DNA of 248,000 nt from positions 102,196,001 through 102,444,000 of the forward strand of contig OX597821.1 of the NCBI GenBank assembly GCA_951406725.2, given 5' to 3'. Under the pieces are notes generated by a model, which saw only the letters and a program-made list of their open reading frames with translations, ran no database searches and was not told the origin of the DNA. This stretch comes from Octopus vulgaris. Taxonomy: Eukaryota. A program made the position numbers and the translations under genes. Each line of letters begins with the position of its first letter. Positions within the stretch are counted from its first letter, which is position 1. Shown here piece after piece: positions 161,801 through 178,000 of the stretch.

Positions 161801-162491
161801 AAAAGAGTATCTTACTATCTAATAATATTTTTTATAACAAATCATACAATGTCTATCGAGGAGGCCAAACGCCAACAATGTGTCGAAGTATTGAATCAAA
161901 AGGATCTAAATCTTTTAATCCAATCTCTTGTCGCCTAACTCGATGTTTTAATGGGGAGGTAACCCAATTTTTTAATGGCAATTTTTCAAAGGGGGTGAGA
162001 TAACCAAAAAGTACCCTCAAATTATGTAATATATATTTCATACTTATCTGTCTCCTCAACCGTTTATTATCATAATTATCATATACCTATTACTATAATC
162101 ATTATATCTAATCTTCCACTTAGTCTGCCTCAGAAGGCCATTTACACAGCAGGCATCAATCATCTTCGCGACACACTTAAAAGCAATATACTTTCTCCTT
162201 TTAACGCACCAATATTTCTGACTAAGCAACCTAGTTTAGACTAATAAAAATAATAAAATAGCGATACATTCCACAAGTCATAACATCAGTACCTAGACTG
162301 ACCTGCCAAACAACATCCGTGCTACTTTACACTACCTGTCAGTCATCTACTCCAACCACCCGAACCCCCTTCACCTACACACCTCCAACTATCCAAAGCA
162401 CCCTTCCTCACAAAACGGTGTTAAACGGAATGGACCCCCAATGCTGGTTGCCGCTGCTGCTGCTTTTAATAAACATCCCAGAACCAACTCC

Positions 162492-162770
162492 ATCGGCACC
162501 TGTATTGACATGTAACACGTGTCAGGCTTTTAACGGTCTTAAAGCATTCATCACCACTGTCGTCGTTGATTAGCCTCTCCGCCCTGATTTAGCAAGATGT
162601 ATGATCAGAGACGTTCCAACCGTGACCATCAGCACCTGTATTGACATGTAACACGTGTCAGGCTTTTAACGGTCTTAAAGCATTCATTCACCACTGCCGT
162701 CGTTGATTAGCCTCTCCGCCCTGATTTAGCAAGATGTATGATCAGAGACGTTCCAACCGTGACCACACCG
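162492..162770. repeat. Tandem duplication, 2 x ~136 bp
   Basis: cacctgtattgacatg... starts at 162497 and again at 162633; nearly identical. Confidence 0.9.
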
Positions 162771-165700
162771 TTTTTTTTTCTTTTCTAGCAAGCGTAGTGT
162801 ATCTAGGACTACATTATTCAGTGTATGCTCACATTAAGATGTTAGAGTTGGATCTTTTAAAATTCTTTCTAACCACCAGAATTTGCCAAATTTTACTAGA
162901 TTTTTAAAAACGTTTTCTACATTGATACTCTTTCACTCGCTTCAGCCATTTGGCTGCGGCCATGCTGGAGTACCGCCTTTAGTCGAGCAAATCGATCCCA
163001 GGACTTATTCTTTTTAAGTCTAGTACTTATTCTATCGTTCTCTTTTGCCGAACCGCTAAGTTACGGGGGACATAAACACACCAGCATCGGTTGTCAAGTG
163101 ATGTTGGGGAGACAAACACAGACACACACACACATATATATATATACATATATACGACGGGCTTCTTTCAGTTTCCGTCTACCAAATCCACTCACAAGGC
163201 TTTGGTCGGCCCGAGGTTATAGTAGAAGACTCTTGCCCAAGGTGCCACGCAGTGGGACTGAATCCGGAACCATGTGGTTGGTAAGCAAGCTTCTTACTAC
163301 ACAGCCACTCCTGCAAAAACTTTTATTATTAATAATTTCAAGAGTGGGGAGGGGGATGAATGTGATTTTCATCATTTGCAAACAAAACTACAACAGTGTG
163401 TCTGTGTGTGTGTGGGGGAAATGGTGGTTGGAAAGAATTTAAAAGGACACGCATAAAAGATTTGGCTGCTATTTCTAACAGATCAAGTGACTGCATGGAG
163501 GTCAACTACATATCGGTTCCAACTTACATCCTTTGTTCTAACGTTATACCGTACTGAAAGTCACTTGACCACGCCACCCCCCGTTCCACGTTTATAGTTC
163601 ATCATGTATCGACACATTTCAGCCTGAAACAGCTGGTGACTTCAACTACGACATCATCACACAGCTGAACTTTGTCTCAACCCTATAAAAATGTTTCATA
163701 TAATCCCTCAATCAAATAATAGACCACGTGGGAGCAACTTATTCGAGAAGCGCCCACCACCCAAGGTAGTTTTTTTGTTAGGCGTGCCATTCAGATAATC
163801 CCGCGGGCCGCAATTTGCCCATTACTAATCTAGATGTAGTAGGCTCTATAATAACAGTCTGAAGCCATTCCATCAAGATTTAACGAGGGAGTATCTACAC
163901 AATCGCTTGACCAGCTAGAAATAGTAGCCACCCCCTACTATTTGCTTAAAAGAAAGGACACGTTGTATAATGTATTCCTATTTCTTTGCTACCCACAAGG
164001 TGCCAAACACAGAGAGGACAAATAAGAACAGACAAACGGATTAAGTCGATTATATCGACACCAGTGCGCAACTGGTACTTATTTAATCGACCCCGAAAGG
164101 ATGAAAGATAAAGTCGACCCCGGCGGAATTTGAACGTTGTATAATGTATTCCACGATGCTCCAACAGACACAGTCGGAAGCTGGCGTGGTGCTTAGACAA
164201 CAAAAACGATCTTTCAGTGCATGAACCAACGAAACCATCTACATAGTCGCTAAATTGCTAGAAATAGAAGCTTAAATTTCCCGAACCCACAGTCTACAGC
164301 AGTGGTTCTCAACCATTGTTTGCCTATGAAACCCTTCTGATTCCTATTTTACTCGGCTGGACTCACCCCGCCCACCCAGATATTCGATGTTAATTTTAAC
164401 AGCAAAATCTTATGCGGGGTCCGCCCTTCGCTGCCCCCCTCGTCTCCCGTCCGCCGCCGCCGGTCGAAATCGTTTCGACCCGCAGCGGCCCGGTGTGCGG
164501 CAGTCGGATCGCAAACCGTTTTTGCTCCGCGAACGTTTCTTCGCGCGTTTCCCTGTCGGTTGAGAACCACTTCATAATACAATAAAATTATTTCGATTTG
164601 CTCCAAATGACGGTGGTCAGACATTAAAACCAAAAATGCCCTTCGTTTGTTCAAAATTAGTCTTCATTCGTTTAAACTTCTTTATCGTTAAGAGCATCGT
164701 TATTATTGATATGAAGGCTGCAAATTGGTAGAATCGTTAGAGAGTCGGTAAAAGTGCCTTGCGGTATTTGCCCCCAGCTCTTTATGTACTAAGATCAAAT
164801 CCTGCAGAGGTGTATTAGCCTTTCGCGGCCGATAAGACAAAGAACTAATTAAGTACTAGTGTCAATGGCATCCATTAATCTCGTCCCTTCAAAATTGTTG
164901 GCCCTGTGCCTAAATTAGAAACCTTTATTAATGATATCACCAAGACGGAGAGCTAGCAGAAATCAGCAGAGCACTGGATAAAAATACATTGCGGTATTTT
165001 ATGGAACTCATTATGTTCTAAGTTCAAATCCCGCCCGGGGTGGATGAATTAAAATACTATTTAAATTATGGGGACGTAAACAAACCAACACCGGTTGTTA
165101 AGCGGTGGGAAGTGAAACAAACACAGACGCGTACACACATATGCGACGGACTTCCACAGACTTTCCGTCAACCAAATTCACTCACAAGACATTGGTCGGC
165201 CCGGAACTATAGAAGCTACTTGCCCACGGTGTCGCGCGGTGGGATTGAACTTGAAATCACGTGGTTGCAAAGCGAACTTTTTACCCACACAGCCATATCT
165301 GCGTCTATGAAGATACCTTTTTACAAATATATTTTTCTAAAATCTATTTTCTTTCTTTTTTTTTTTTGTTATACTTTAGTTTCCATTTACGATGTAGTTG
165401 TTAAATTTTCTCTTGATATTCTGGCTTGCAATTTAAAATGTGTTATCGTTGTTAAACTACGTATTTTTGAATTAATTCAATATTTCATTCAGTCCAGCAT
165501 TTATTGCTATTCACAAATAATTGTTATATGAATAAATTATCTCTCTAAAACAATTGTTTCATTTAATGACTAATTAAAATTATGCGATGAAGGCGAATGG
165601 GATTAAATATTCTTTTTAAAAAAAATTAAATGCAAATTACAAATGTTTCAGAACGTGGAATACAATAAAATTACGGGGGGAGGGGAGAGAAAAAAGTGGT

Positions 165701-168700
165701 GGTTACTGCTCGCAAAGGCACGGTGAGGGTTTGCAGGCAATTAATAAGGCCCCGTTGTTTTGAAACGTAGGATCTAAAAAGACGGAGGGGGGTGGTGGAA
165801 AAAATCTTGACCATGATGGAGAAATTCCGACATATATGGAACACAGGGTCATCTTAAAAAATAAGCACACAGAGCAGTTGCCAGGGGCCTCGTGGGTCTA
165901 GGGGCCCAATTATGATCTATGTATACTGTGGTTAGCTGTCAAAAAAAGAAGAAAAAAACTACTACAGATCTCAGTACATTGATTGTCTCAGAGAACTGTA
166001 ATGCTTCTAAGACAGCTCTGGTGGGTCAGCTATTTAGAAAGTTCGTCAATTATGCAAGCGGGGGTTGTTTGTAAACTACAGCGGCTACTGTTTGTCACAT
166101 TTCAGTATGGAACAACTGCCTTTAAAAGCAATTCTAAACAATGAACAGAATACATACTTAATGCGTATGTACCATTAAAAGCCTTCTAAATTACGGTATT
166201 TATCTTGAGCGAGTTTCTCATGTAGACTTGTAGTGTTAAAAGCACAGAAAAATATCAGGAGCAGGGAAGGTTGCTTAGCAGCGGCGCTGGAATTGATAGA
166301 TCTAGAATTCTGCTTGTTAACTTCACCAGTAGCAAATATCCACGGCACCATCTTCCAAGCAACCTCAGTTGCCAGCTGATAAAGTTAAATAGTGATTGTA
166401 AAGTCACCGATGTTGCATTTATCTGGCAGGTTACAATAAATAAATAAATAATAGTCATTATTGGCAGCAGAAGCAATATTAGTTCAAAATTACGTTGATA
166501 AGACAGACTTGACTCAAAACGAAAACTGCAGTTTAGAAGGTTTTCAATAGTATATACACTTTAAGTAGGTATACAGATTGCCAATTCCGAACTACAGCAC
166601 TTCCGTCGCTAATAATGAACTCTAAATAATATACGCTGATCCATCAAATGTTAGCCCAGTTGTAACCAACCCGTCAACGTTTTCAAAGCGCATTGTGTAT
166701 CTAAGACATTATCCAACATATCCTTTTGTGAAATGAACTCTAAGGAAAAGGTGATTACATTAAATCGTTATTGTTGCTTTCACTTTCACTTTTGTGTTGT
166801 TTTGCAAATGAAGACTTTTTTTTAAAATCCCAAAAGAAAACAAATTTACTCAAAGATCGCCATTAACAAGTTTTTATTGCATGCCAAAATACTCAATCCC
166901 AACCAAATAATAATAATAATAATAATGGTTTCAAATTTTGGCACAAGGCCAGCATATTCGAGGGAGGGGATGAATCGAATACATCAACTCTAGTACTCAA
167001 CTGGTACTTATTTTATCGATTCAAAAAGAATGATAGGTAAAGTCGACCTAAGCGGAATATGAACTCAGAACGTAAAGGCAGACGAAATGCTGCTATATAT
167101 TTTGTTTGGGGGTGCTTCGCCACTTTAATTATAACAATTATTTCTAATTTTGGCACAAAGCCAGAAACTTTGAGGGGTGGGGGCAAGTCGATTACATTAA
167201 CACCATTACTTGACTAGTACTTTATTTTATCGATCCTGAAAGGATGAAAGACAAAGACGACCTCGGCGGGATTTGAACTCAGAACATAAAGAGCCGAAAG
167301 AATTACTGTAAAGCATTTTGTCCGAAGCGTTAACGATTCTGTCAATTAGCCTCAACAGTAATAATAATCTTCACCGGTTGCCAAACAAAATCGTACCAGC
167401 TGCTGATTGATGGAAGTGGAAACAAACTTAATGATCCCCTACAAGTTTAAGTAATTTGCACTTGGTACGGTTTTATGTATATTAGTCAACAAGATCTGAA
167501 CAATTTAGACCAGGGCTGGCAAACCTGCGGACCGCTTGATACCTTCTTGAAGTATTGTTTAATTTCAAAATAAAATTGTGTAAAACATTTGTCTCAAAAT
167601 AAATAAAAAATTCATAAGTGGCAATAAAGCAATAGCCTACAATTTTATAATTTTAAACAAACGAAAAGTCTGAAAAATTCTTGATTCTGTAATTTGATTA
167701 TTTGACTATTAGTGCATAAAGTATACAAGCGCGCCCCACCCCACTTTCTGTGATTAAAGTGGCCCGCAATCTAACTCGAGTTGACTAGGCCTGATTTAAA
167801 CACACTGAGCTCAAGACCTTCAATCATCTCTCATGGTGAGACTAAATATCTGACACTTTCATTATGACATACGCCAGTAGCATACTTATAATGTTATAAG
167901 GTGTGCAAAATGAAAAATTAGGAGTTCCAAAAAATGGTCAGCTATTTAAAACAATACTATTTATAGGAAATTGACATTTTTTTTTTACATATTAAACGTA
168001 CATGACTAAACCTCTAAGTATACGAATGTAGATGCGTTTCAGAATGTGCAAACAAGACTGTTTTCGCTAATGTCGACCTACTCTTTTACTTGTTTCAGTC
168101 ATGTGACTGTGGCCATGCTGGAGCAACGCCTTTAGTCGAGCAAATCGACCACAGGACTTATTCTTTGTAAGCCTAGTACTTATTCTATCGGCTCGGCAAA
168201 ACAGAGCAATAGAATAGGTACCAAGTTAAAAATAAGCACCGGGATCGATTTGACTAAAAACCTGAAGGTGGTGCCCCAGCGTGGCCACAGTACAAAGACT
168301 GAAACAAGTAAAAGATAAAATGTATATATATGTATGCACACACTTTCACATTATATACCTGTGTACATATATAAATACATGTGTGATGAGTTTACAAAAA
168401 TGAGATAAGGGAAATGGGCTAATGGCAAGAAATTCAAGCCAGCAATGATGTACTGAATACATCATGAGAAAAGGAGGGGGAGGGGAAATGAAAGTTAACT
168501 AAAATATACAACTTAATTTAGAGTGGGGGAGAGGAACCTTTTCCTTTCTCCTAAAGGTACAAGGATTGAAATTTGGTGAGAGGAGACTAGTCGATTACAT
168601 TGACCCCTCCCAGTGCGTAACTGGTACTTAATTTATCGACCCCAGCGGAATTTGAACTCAGAACGTTCAGACAGACGAAATACTTATTTCTTTACTACCC

Positions 168701-171700
168701 ACAAGGGGCTAAACACAGAGAGGACAAACAAGGACAGACAAACAGATTAAGTCGATTATATCGACCCCAGTGCGTAACTGGTACTTATTTAATCAACCCC
168801 GAAAGGATGAAAGGCAAAGTCGACCTCGGCGGAATTTGAACTCAGAACGTAGCAGAAGACGAAATATCACTAAGCATTTCATCGTTGGAGCGGGGAACCT
168901 AATGCTACTTGTTAATGATTCCCAACGAAAAGGGGAGAGAATATCAAAGGATTAAGAATTAATGTCAACGAAATTTAAATTTCTTTTACAGGAATTAGCT
169001 TAAATTTATGTTATTGATTCACTTCAATAATTTACCTTGGTTCACATCACTTTGTGTAACTAGGTAAATTATACTGGACAACAACATTCTTCATCAATCC
169101 TCATTTCCTACTCAGAAAATCTCTGTCATCTGGTTAGAGCAAATTTGAAATGATTATGATTTACAGATGAGGTCTAATAAATCTGGAACACGTCTATAGT
169201 TGTCACTTTGCAAGCTAACGAAGATCAGGTCTACTCTCACCTTAAATGTGGAAATTCAATTAACTGAGAAATTATTTCTTTCTTTATTGGAATTATCTCC
169301 TCTTTTCTTTGAGAGTTGCAAACAATTGCCATTAGGTTTTGTTTACTTTCTCCAACTGAGAGGTAAATAATGTTTCATTGAGAATTGTTTTTGCGTCTGT
169401 CATTTAGTACACACCATGACCTATGAGTGAGTGTGTGGAGTGGAGTATCATATTAAATATTTCCATATTTTGAGCATAGTTATTTATTAAGCTATGTAAG
169501 TGTGAGAAGAAATATTAGACACAGGTGTGTCTAAAATAACAGAACAAGACTGCACATCAAGGGTCAAAGAGAAGAGAGATCCTAAACAGATACATCAAAG
169601 TTGACAGTGAAATCATCCCAGCCTTGAGGCAATAGAACAGCAAGAATATTTTGGAAGCAAAGTCATAATTATAAAACTATTTTTCACACCAGGCACAATA
169701 AAATGCACTTGGTTCCCAAACTTTTCGGGCTGCCGCCCCCTTGACACTCAGGGCGCATTCCTAGCGCCCCCACCCCAACTAACCATCACAAACATTGACC
169801 TCTTTCTGAAGCAAATTCAAAGCGAATGTATTTCACAAATAAAACGTAACCTAATGAACCCATTATTTTGTTCTTTTTACATGAATTGCCCCAATTGTTA
169901 TATGAATCGCTACTCCATTATCACCCAACTTTTCTTCAATGTTCACTTGGACCTTTTCACTGGCCCCAGAGTGGCAATACTGCCCACCTTAGAAACCACT
170001 GCTCTAAGACATACATAACAAGAAAAAGGCCTGTTTTTCTTGTGGTGTAGGTATCAGATGATGCAGACTGCAAAGAGTGACAAGATCTAGCCAACCCATG
170101 ACAGCATTGGAAAGAAAAAAATGATGATGATGATGGTGATAATGACATATTTATATAATGGGTTTTTTTCATACCAAATCCACTCACAAGGCTTTGGTTG
170201 GCCTGAGGCTATAGCAGAAGACACTTGTCCAAGCTGCCACGCAAAGAACCAGTCAAAGCTGCCACACGAAGAACCAGGTTCAGTTAATAATATTCCTATA
170301 AAACATCCAACATGTAAATGAAATTATAATAGAAGACTTGAGTGTATGAGATAAAACTAAATACCATAATCAATTAAATTCAGCACTTTTATTGTGTTGC
170401 CTGCAGAACAAATACAGATGACTGGTAACAACACATAAAGAAATTATGCTGTCATTTCATGAATTCTTTCTAGATTGCAGCTGCAGATAACACAAGTAAT
170501 GATTGCTACATCTGTGGATTCTATTAATATTGTTAAAGACAAGAATGGTTGGTGAGCTAGCAAAGTGTGAGACGAAACACTTTATAATGTTCAGTGTTTA
170601 TTAGTTTTGACTTCAAAATCCTGACGTGGCTCATTATATTTTTTTACCCCACAGCAGAAGATGAAACCAGTTCCATTGTCATATTGGTATTTCATTTTTT
170701 TTTTCTTTTAGTTGACTATACTCTTCCCTGCCACGAGAAAATGTTACTTTTGTGATTAATAAAGAAATTAATTTGCTAGCCTAGCAATATTAACAATAAA
170801 CAGACAAGAGCTATATCTAACAAGCCACTATGTAGATGTTTGACTGACCAGAAATAGTAACCAAATTTCCCTCAACTGAAATTCTACTTCTTAAAAAACA
170901 GGAAAGCCGCAATAGATAATGTAGTCCTAGATACATTATACATGGAAAAAAATCTAGGATATTCATTCCTGGAACTTCTTTGATCATAGAACTGCTCAAT
171001 CAGAACTAAACTATGATCAACAGCATTGCTTGGTGATGGCAGCAGTGGCAACAACCATGACCACCACAATCAGCCACCTTTACAACGTCCACTTTTCCCT
171101 GCTTACATGAGACAGATTAGAATACACTGGGGCAGAGTTTGTACAACCAGATGCCCTTCTTATTGCCAATACCCACTTGTTTCTAAGTAGGATAATAATC
171201 TCCAAGTCAATAGAACAATAAACACAGCCTGGAGATAATTTTATGTGGAAAACTGGAAACGAAATGGCAGTTTGAACGAGTCTTTAGTTTTACAAAAGTT
171301 GTGTAACATGTCAAGAAGCCTAGACACGCTTTCACAGTGGACTGCAAGCAAAAGACACCTTCAGCAGGTCATTGTTTACAAACCAGTGAGCACAAGGGAA
171401 ATAGGAACTTATTAACACAATCACTATACACACACACACAATGGTGTTACTCTTCATGCTGGTTCCACATGAAAATCACCCACTACACTCATGGTTGGCA
171501 TTAGGAAGGGCATGCAGCTGTAGAAACCATGCCAGAACAGACAATGGAAACTGGTGTGGCTCCTGTCAAACTGTCCAATCCATGTCAGCATGGAAAATGG
171601 ATGTTTGATAATATATGTACAAATATTCATACACACACAACAGGCTTCTTTCAGTTTCCACATACCAAATCCACTCACATGGCTTTGATTGGCCTGGGAC

Positions 171701-171961
171701 TACAGTAGAAAGCACTTGCCCAAAGTAGCATGCAATGGGATTGGACACAGAATCATATACTCTTTTACTTGCTTCAGTCATATGACTGTGGCCATGCTGG
171801 AGCACTGCATTTAGTCGAGTAAATCGACCCCAGAACTTATTCTTTGTAAGCCTGGTACTTATATCAGTCTCTTTTGCCGAACCGCTAAGTTATGGGGACC
171901 TAAACACACCAGCATCGGTTGTCAAACGATGTAAGGGGGACAATCACAGACACAAACATAT

Positions 171962-172010
<49 letters not shown>

Positions 172011-175000
172011 GCTTCTTTCAGTTTCCGTCTACCAAATCCACTCACAAGGCTTTGGTCGGCCTGAGGATATAGAAGAAGACACTTGCCCAAGGTGCCATGC
172101 AGTGGGACTAAACCCGGAACCATGTGGTTGGTGAGCAAGCTACTTACCACAGGAATCTAGCAGTATATACATCTTTGTCAATATCTCAATATTTATAATT
172201 TTAATAGGTTTCATCCCCAACTGTCCTCAAGTGTTTTACTCATAGATATGTACATCATATCAGATTGTAGCTGAACTAGGAACCTTTAGTTTTAAACTAA
172301 ATGTAACAATGCTCTTATTGTTTGTACACAGGTTGTTGATCACAAAACTAGATGTGATTCATAGAGCTATGACAAAGATGATAGAACAAGAATCAAAAAC
172401 AGGATCTTGCGATCATGAGTGCAACCACAAACCACTAGGCCATGTGCCTTCACAATTAAGCAGTAAAAGGGAAAAATACTGTCAGACTAAGATTACATGT
172501 TTTGGCCTTATTCTGACCTTTTCAGCAAAGGAGAATCAGAATTTGTGAATAAATAATCACATCTTGGTGATGGGATCAAATAAGATGGTTTAAGTAGTCA
172601 AATAAGATGGTTTAATTTGTTATATCATTTAGCTTGGATGAAAATGACAAAGTTATAAATTATGATGTCTCACAATTGACTGTGGTTGGATAAGTTCTGC
172701 TTCTTTAGTGAAATGAATGAGCAAGAAAAGATGTACTTCTTTCCTTCTGCATTCATTTAGTTCCACTAAAAGAGCAGGACTGGTCTTACAATACCCAATA
172801 TCTTCATTGTGCAGGCATGGCTGTGTGGTTAAGAAGCTTGCTTTGCAACCATGTGGTTGTAAGTTCAGTTCTACTGAACAGCATCTTGAGTAAGTGATTC
172901 TTCTATAACTTTCAGTTAACCAATACCTTCTGAGTGAATTTGGTACATAGAAACTGTGTGGAAGCTTGCTGCTGTATGTGTGTATATATCTATGCATGTA
173001 TGTCCTCTCTGACCCACCTAACAACAGGTATTGGTTTGTTTATGTTACCTTAACTTAGCAGTTCAGCAAGAGACTAATGAAATAAGTACCATACAAAGAG
173101 GAAGGGGAAGTACTGGGGTTGATTTGTTCAACTAAAACTATTCAATGTGCGCTTCAGCATGGCCACAGTCCAGTGATTGAAACAAATTTAAAGACCAGTT
173201 TCTTTTCATATCTAGATGTGATTAACTTTTGCCTTCATCTCTAAGGAACGAATAAAATTAACTGACAATTCTTCAAAAAAACAAACAAAAAAAAAACATT
173301 ATGCAACAAAAAGAATAACTTTAGTCAGCCATAACCCTTCGAACATATCTGGCCCGAACATTCTTCTTGTTTTATGCTCAAACTGGCCAGATCTGACCTC
173401 TTACACATACCTTACAATGTTATTCTAAAAATAATCACATCATCAAAATCTTGAGACTCCAAGATAATGCACGGCTAATTCAAAATAATGTGATTAAATC
173501 TCCTAATATAATAATGAGTGTATTTTATGTATGTGTGTGTGTATTTACACTTGATAAGATCGATATTTAAATTAACGATCTTATCCTTATATATATATAT
173601 ATATATTTGTCCAGAATGACGCTGGACGCAGAGAAAATAGTAATTCAGTGAAGGAGAGGGAGTGAGAGAAAGTAGTAGCAATGACAAAAAGGAAGGGGTG
173701 AAAAAAAAAATCAGTGTTTCAACTCTGTGCGAGTATATATGTGTATGTGTGTGTGTGTAGAAGGGAAGTATGTGAATGTTTGTATGCGAGATTATTACGT
173801 ACCTTACTTATATATAAAATACTACAATTCGCTGTCATTATTGACGGAACATGGTCAGCTAGTCATCATCATCATCATCATCATCATTTGACAGAGTAAT
173901 CTGAATGCTAAAGGGTTAATAAAACTAAAGCAAAACAAGTTTTCTTCAGTTAATACTTATCAGTGTGGATCCTAATTCTAAAGATAAGTGATATTGCTTC
174001 CAAATGAGGAGGGGAAACTGTTCTTGGTAGACATTGTGTTGCAACAAGAAGTTCTTTGTGAAACTGACACCTTCTAATGACTTCCATTTATTACTAGAAT
174101 TGGTTATACCACGTAGGCTTCAAATGTACACAAAACGAAAAGACAGAGACATCAAAATGGACAATGAGAATCCTACCCCACCACAAAAGCGAAAGCTTTG
174201 ACACATTATACTCCTTTGCAAAACTGAAAGCTTCTGCATAAAGGGACAGTATTAAATTATTTCTGTTTAATTGTATATTACACTGGGTAAAATAGAAAAA
174301 TTGGTATTAAAAATTGAGAGCGGCTGTGTGGTAAGTAGCTTGCTTACCGACCACACAGTTGCGGGTTCAGTCCCACTGTGTGACACCTTGGGCAAGTGAC
174401 CTGCTATAGCTTTGGGCCGACCAAAGCCTTGTGAGTAGATTTGGTAGACGGAAACTGAAAGAAGGCCGTTGTATATTTGTATGTATATATGTGTGTGTTT
174501 GTTGCCCCACCATCGTGTGACAACTGATGTTAGTGTGTTTACATCCCTGTAAATACGCAGTTCGGTACAAGAGACTGATAGAATAAGTACTAGGCTTACA
174601 AAGAATAAGTCCTGTGGTTGATTTGTTCGACTAAAGGTGGTGCTCCAGTATGACCACAGTCAAATAACTGAAACGATAAAAGACTAATAGAATATATATA
174701 TATATATATATATATATTTTTCTGTTTTTTACTTGTTTCAGTCATTGCACTGGCCATGCTGGGGCACCACCTTGAAAGAGTTAGTCAAGCAAACCAACCC
174801 GAGTACATATTCTTAAATCTGGTAATTATTTTATTGCTTACTTTTGCCAAACTGCTAAGCTATCAGAACAAAAACAAACCAACACCAGTTGTCAAGAGGT
174901 AGCAGTGGAGACAAACACAAACCCAAAGACACACACGACAGGCTTCCACAGTTTCTGTCTACTAAATCCAAATACAAGTCGATTGGCCCCAGGGCTATAG

Positions 175001-178000
175001 AAAAAGACACACAGTAAGACTAAATGTAAAGCAACCTTAATTAACCACGCGTTATTTCTACTAACACAGGATGGATGAGACTTACTTAGCAGTGTTCTAT
175101 GACTAGATGCCATACCTGTCACCAACCCTTGTCCCTCCGCTTCCAATAAGGTACTTGAGTTTCACTGGTCTTCACACAACACTGACAAAATGATCAAACT
175201 ACTTAAGGGATAAACAAATGCACAATTGCTGCAGCAGTGTCAATGTGAAGACACACAGAGACAAACATACATGTGCACGCACACACACAAGTGAAGTCAC
175301 ATGACCAAGTGGTGCATGGTGTTTCTGAGCCTTAAGATACTTTGTTTCACACAGCTCCACCCTATGCAACTGAAAATGAGTACCAGCCAAGTGCTGGAGT
175401 AGTCCGCTATTCCTTCAACTGTCACATCCTCAATGCTTCACAGCAACGAGAGTGAGACAGTGGGATAATGTCCATGTCATTCTGTGATTATGTGCAAGGG
175501 GTTGCTGAAAAGTTCCCAGCTTTAAAGATATCACAAAAGGTCTGGTTGGAAACCCAGCCTTCCGAGTTCTTTCACAGGGCTTAGAAAAACTGAAGGACCA
175601 CTGCACTAAGTGTGAATCTAAGAGGGGAATATATTAAATAAAATCCTAACTGATTCTCCTGTATTTTCTTTTACCCAAATCCAAGAACTTTTCAGCACCC
175701 TCTTGTAAGTGCCTAAACCAATTAGCAAAAGCATGGCAAAACTCTCAGATTATACTGATAGCTGTGGTGAGAAAAATTGAGTTCTGGAAATGCTATGCTG
175801 TGGGTTCTCCGCCCATTACAGAGACTCTCTCCTCCAGCCTCTTTCCCCCTTCCTCTGGCTCCTACAGACTACCCAAGCATGTCATATCCTCACCACCACC
175901 CTATGACTGTATCATCTTTACCCCTCTTGTGGCTTGCTACCCTAAAACTTCTGCACCTCTCTATCTTCCCCATTCCATCATTCTTGTTTCAACCTGTCAA
176001 CCCTATCCATTTTGGCAGTCTGCCTCTCCACCACTCATTCTCCTTCCCATACAATTTTGCAAACCAACCGCTCACCTACCCACTTCTACTTAGCTTGTAA
176101 CTTGTGGGGTCTCCTAGGGACCTCATTACCATTATCTATATTTTGCAACTCTTCTTTTTCTCTCTCCCATTTTCCCCTACTAGTTCTCAGTAGTTATAAA
176201 AATCCATCTACAGGAACCTACCCTGTCCCATCACACAGTATTCCCCTCATCCTCTAGCACAAAGATGACTTCACCTCCAGGGTTTGTAGTCCTGCAAAAT
176301 GCATGGCAATCTCAATAGTACAGGTGGTATGGAAAAAACCCTTCAAAGTGGTGCCTCAGCCTGGCCAGTCTAATGAATGAAACAAAGTCAATGTTTCATG
176401 CTTATGCAAAATCCCATTTCAATCCCATTTTAACATCTCACGGAAGAAGGTAATTATGATAGAACTGATGGTTCTGTGAGAAGATGGGCATGAGGAAACT
176501 TCAAAGAGAGAAGCTATTATGTGCCAGAATCTGGTCCAACAACGAAGAGAAAAAGGTTGGATATTCTGGTTATTTCCAGTTGAAGCTGGATGCAGGAGGT
176601 TCCCAGCACAGTCTGTTGGAAAATGTTGACAGTTGTGGGAATGGTAAGAAGGGAAAGGATGATAGCTGCTCACAGGTTGGGGGACGAAGCACAAAGAGGA
176701 CCATGCTGGTGCTGGAGCAAGCAGGAAGAGTTGAGCTGAAAGGCAGGTGAACAGTGACTGCCCAATTATTGCTGACCCACAATAAGAGGGTGTTGTGGCT
176801 TCGAGTTGAAATGTCTAAGGAAAGCTGGACACAACTTGATGACACTCTGGGTCCAAAGCGACAGTTGTGGGTGTATGACTTATTCTGTTGGTATTTCTAG
176901 TGGATGTATCTAACAGTAAATCTGTGTGTGTGACATGATTGATCAGACTATCGGATGTCGTTATACATTGCTGGTCACAATGTACTTTGCATCATATTAG
177001 CTTTTGAATGACGCTACCCTGCTGATATCAATATTACACCTGATCTAAGATGGTGAGCTGGCAGAAACGCTAGTACGGTGGGGGAAATGCTTAGTAGTAG
177101 TTCATCTGTCTTTATATTCTGAGTTCAAATTCCTCTGAGGTCGACTTTGCCTTTCATCCTTTCGGGGTCGATAAATTAAGTACAAGTTACGTACAAGAGT
177201 TGATCTAATCAACTGGCCACCTCCCCCAAAATTTCAGGCCTTGAACCTAAAGTAGCAAAAGAATATTACTCCTGATTGTAAGGCTTATCCATCACTGGGT
177301 TACCTATTTACAGCTGATGGGATTGGAGCAGAGTGAAATGAAGTGTTTTGCTCAAGAATCCAATGTGCAGCTGGTTTGGGAATTAAAATCATGATCTCTC
177401 TTAACCACTAGGCTATGTAGGCATGGCTGTAAGGTAAAAAGTTAGCTCCCCAACCATATGGTTCTGGGCTCAATCCCACTATGGCCAAGTGTCTTCTACC
177501 ATAGTCTCGAGCCAACCAAACCCTTGTGAGTGGATTTGGTATTTGGAAACTGAAAGAAGCTCATTATACATTTGTGTGTGTGTGTGTCCTGCAATACTGC
177601 TTGATAACTGGTATTGGTGTGTTTACATACCCGTACAAAAGAGACTGACAAAGTAAGTATCAGGCTCAGATAAAAAAAACAAAAAAACTATGGGGTTAAT
177701 TTGGTTGATTAAGATTCTGGCCAGTAAAAACATAAAACATAAAAGACTATATATATATATATATATTTATATGACACACATGCAGACACAGAGGAATTGT
177801 TGCTTATTACTTCTCCTCATCGATTATTTCACAGTGAAACTAAATGTAGATGCATATGACACTATTTAATTATTCATCCTCCACACAATATAGATTATCT
177901 TGTAACAATTGTTGGATTTGTTAACCTTTCATCAACTAAAAGGGAAATTTCAATTAATTATGTTTGTATACTGTTGCAGTGTGGTACGAAGCTTGCTTCC

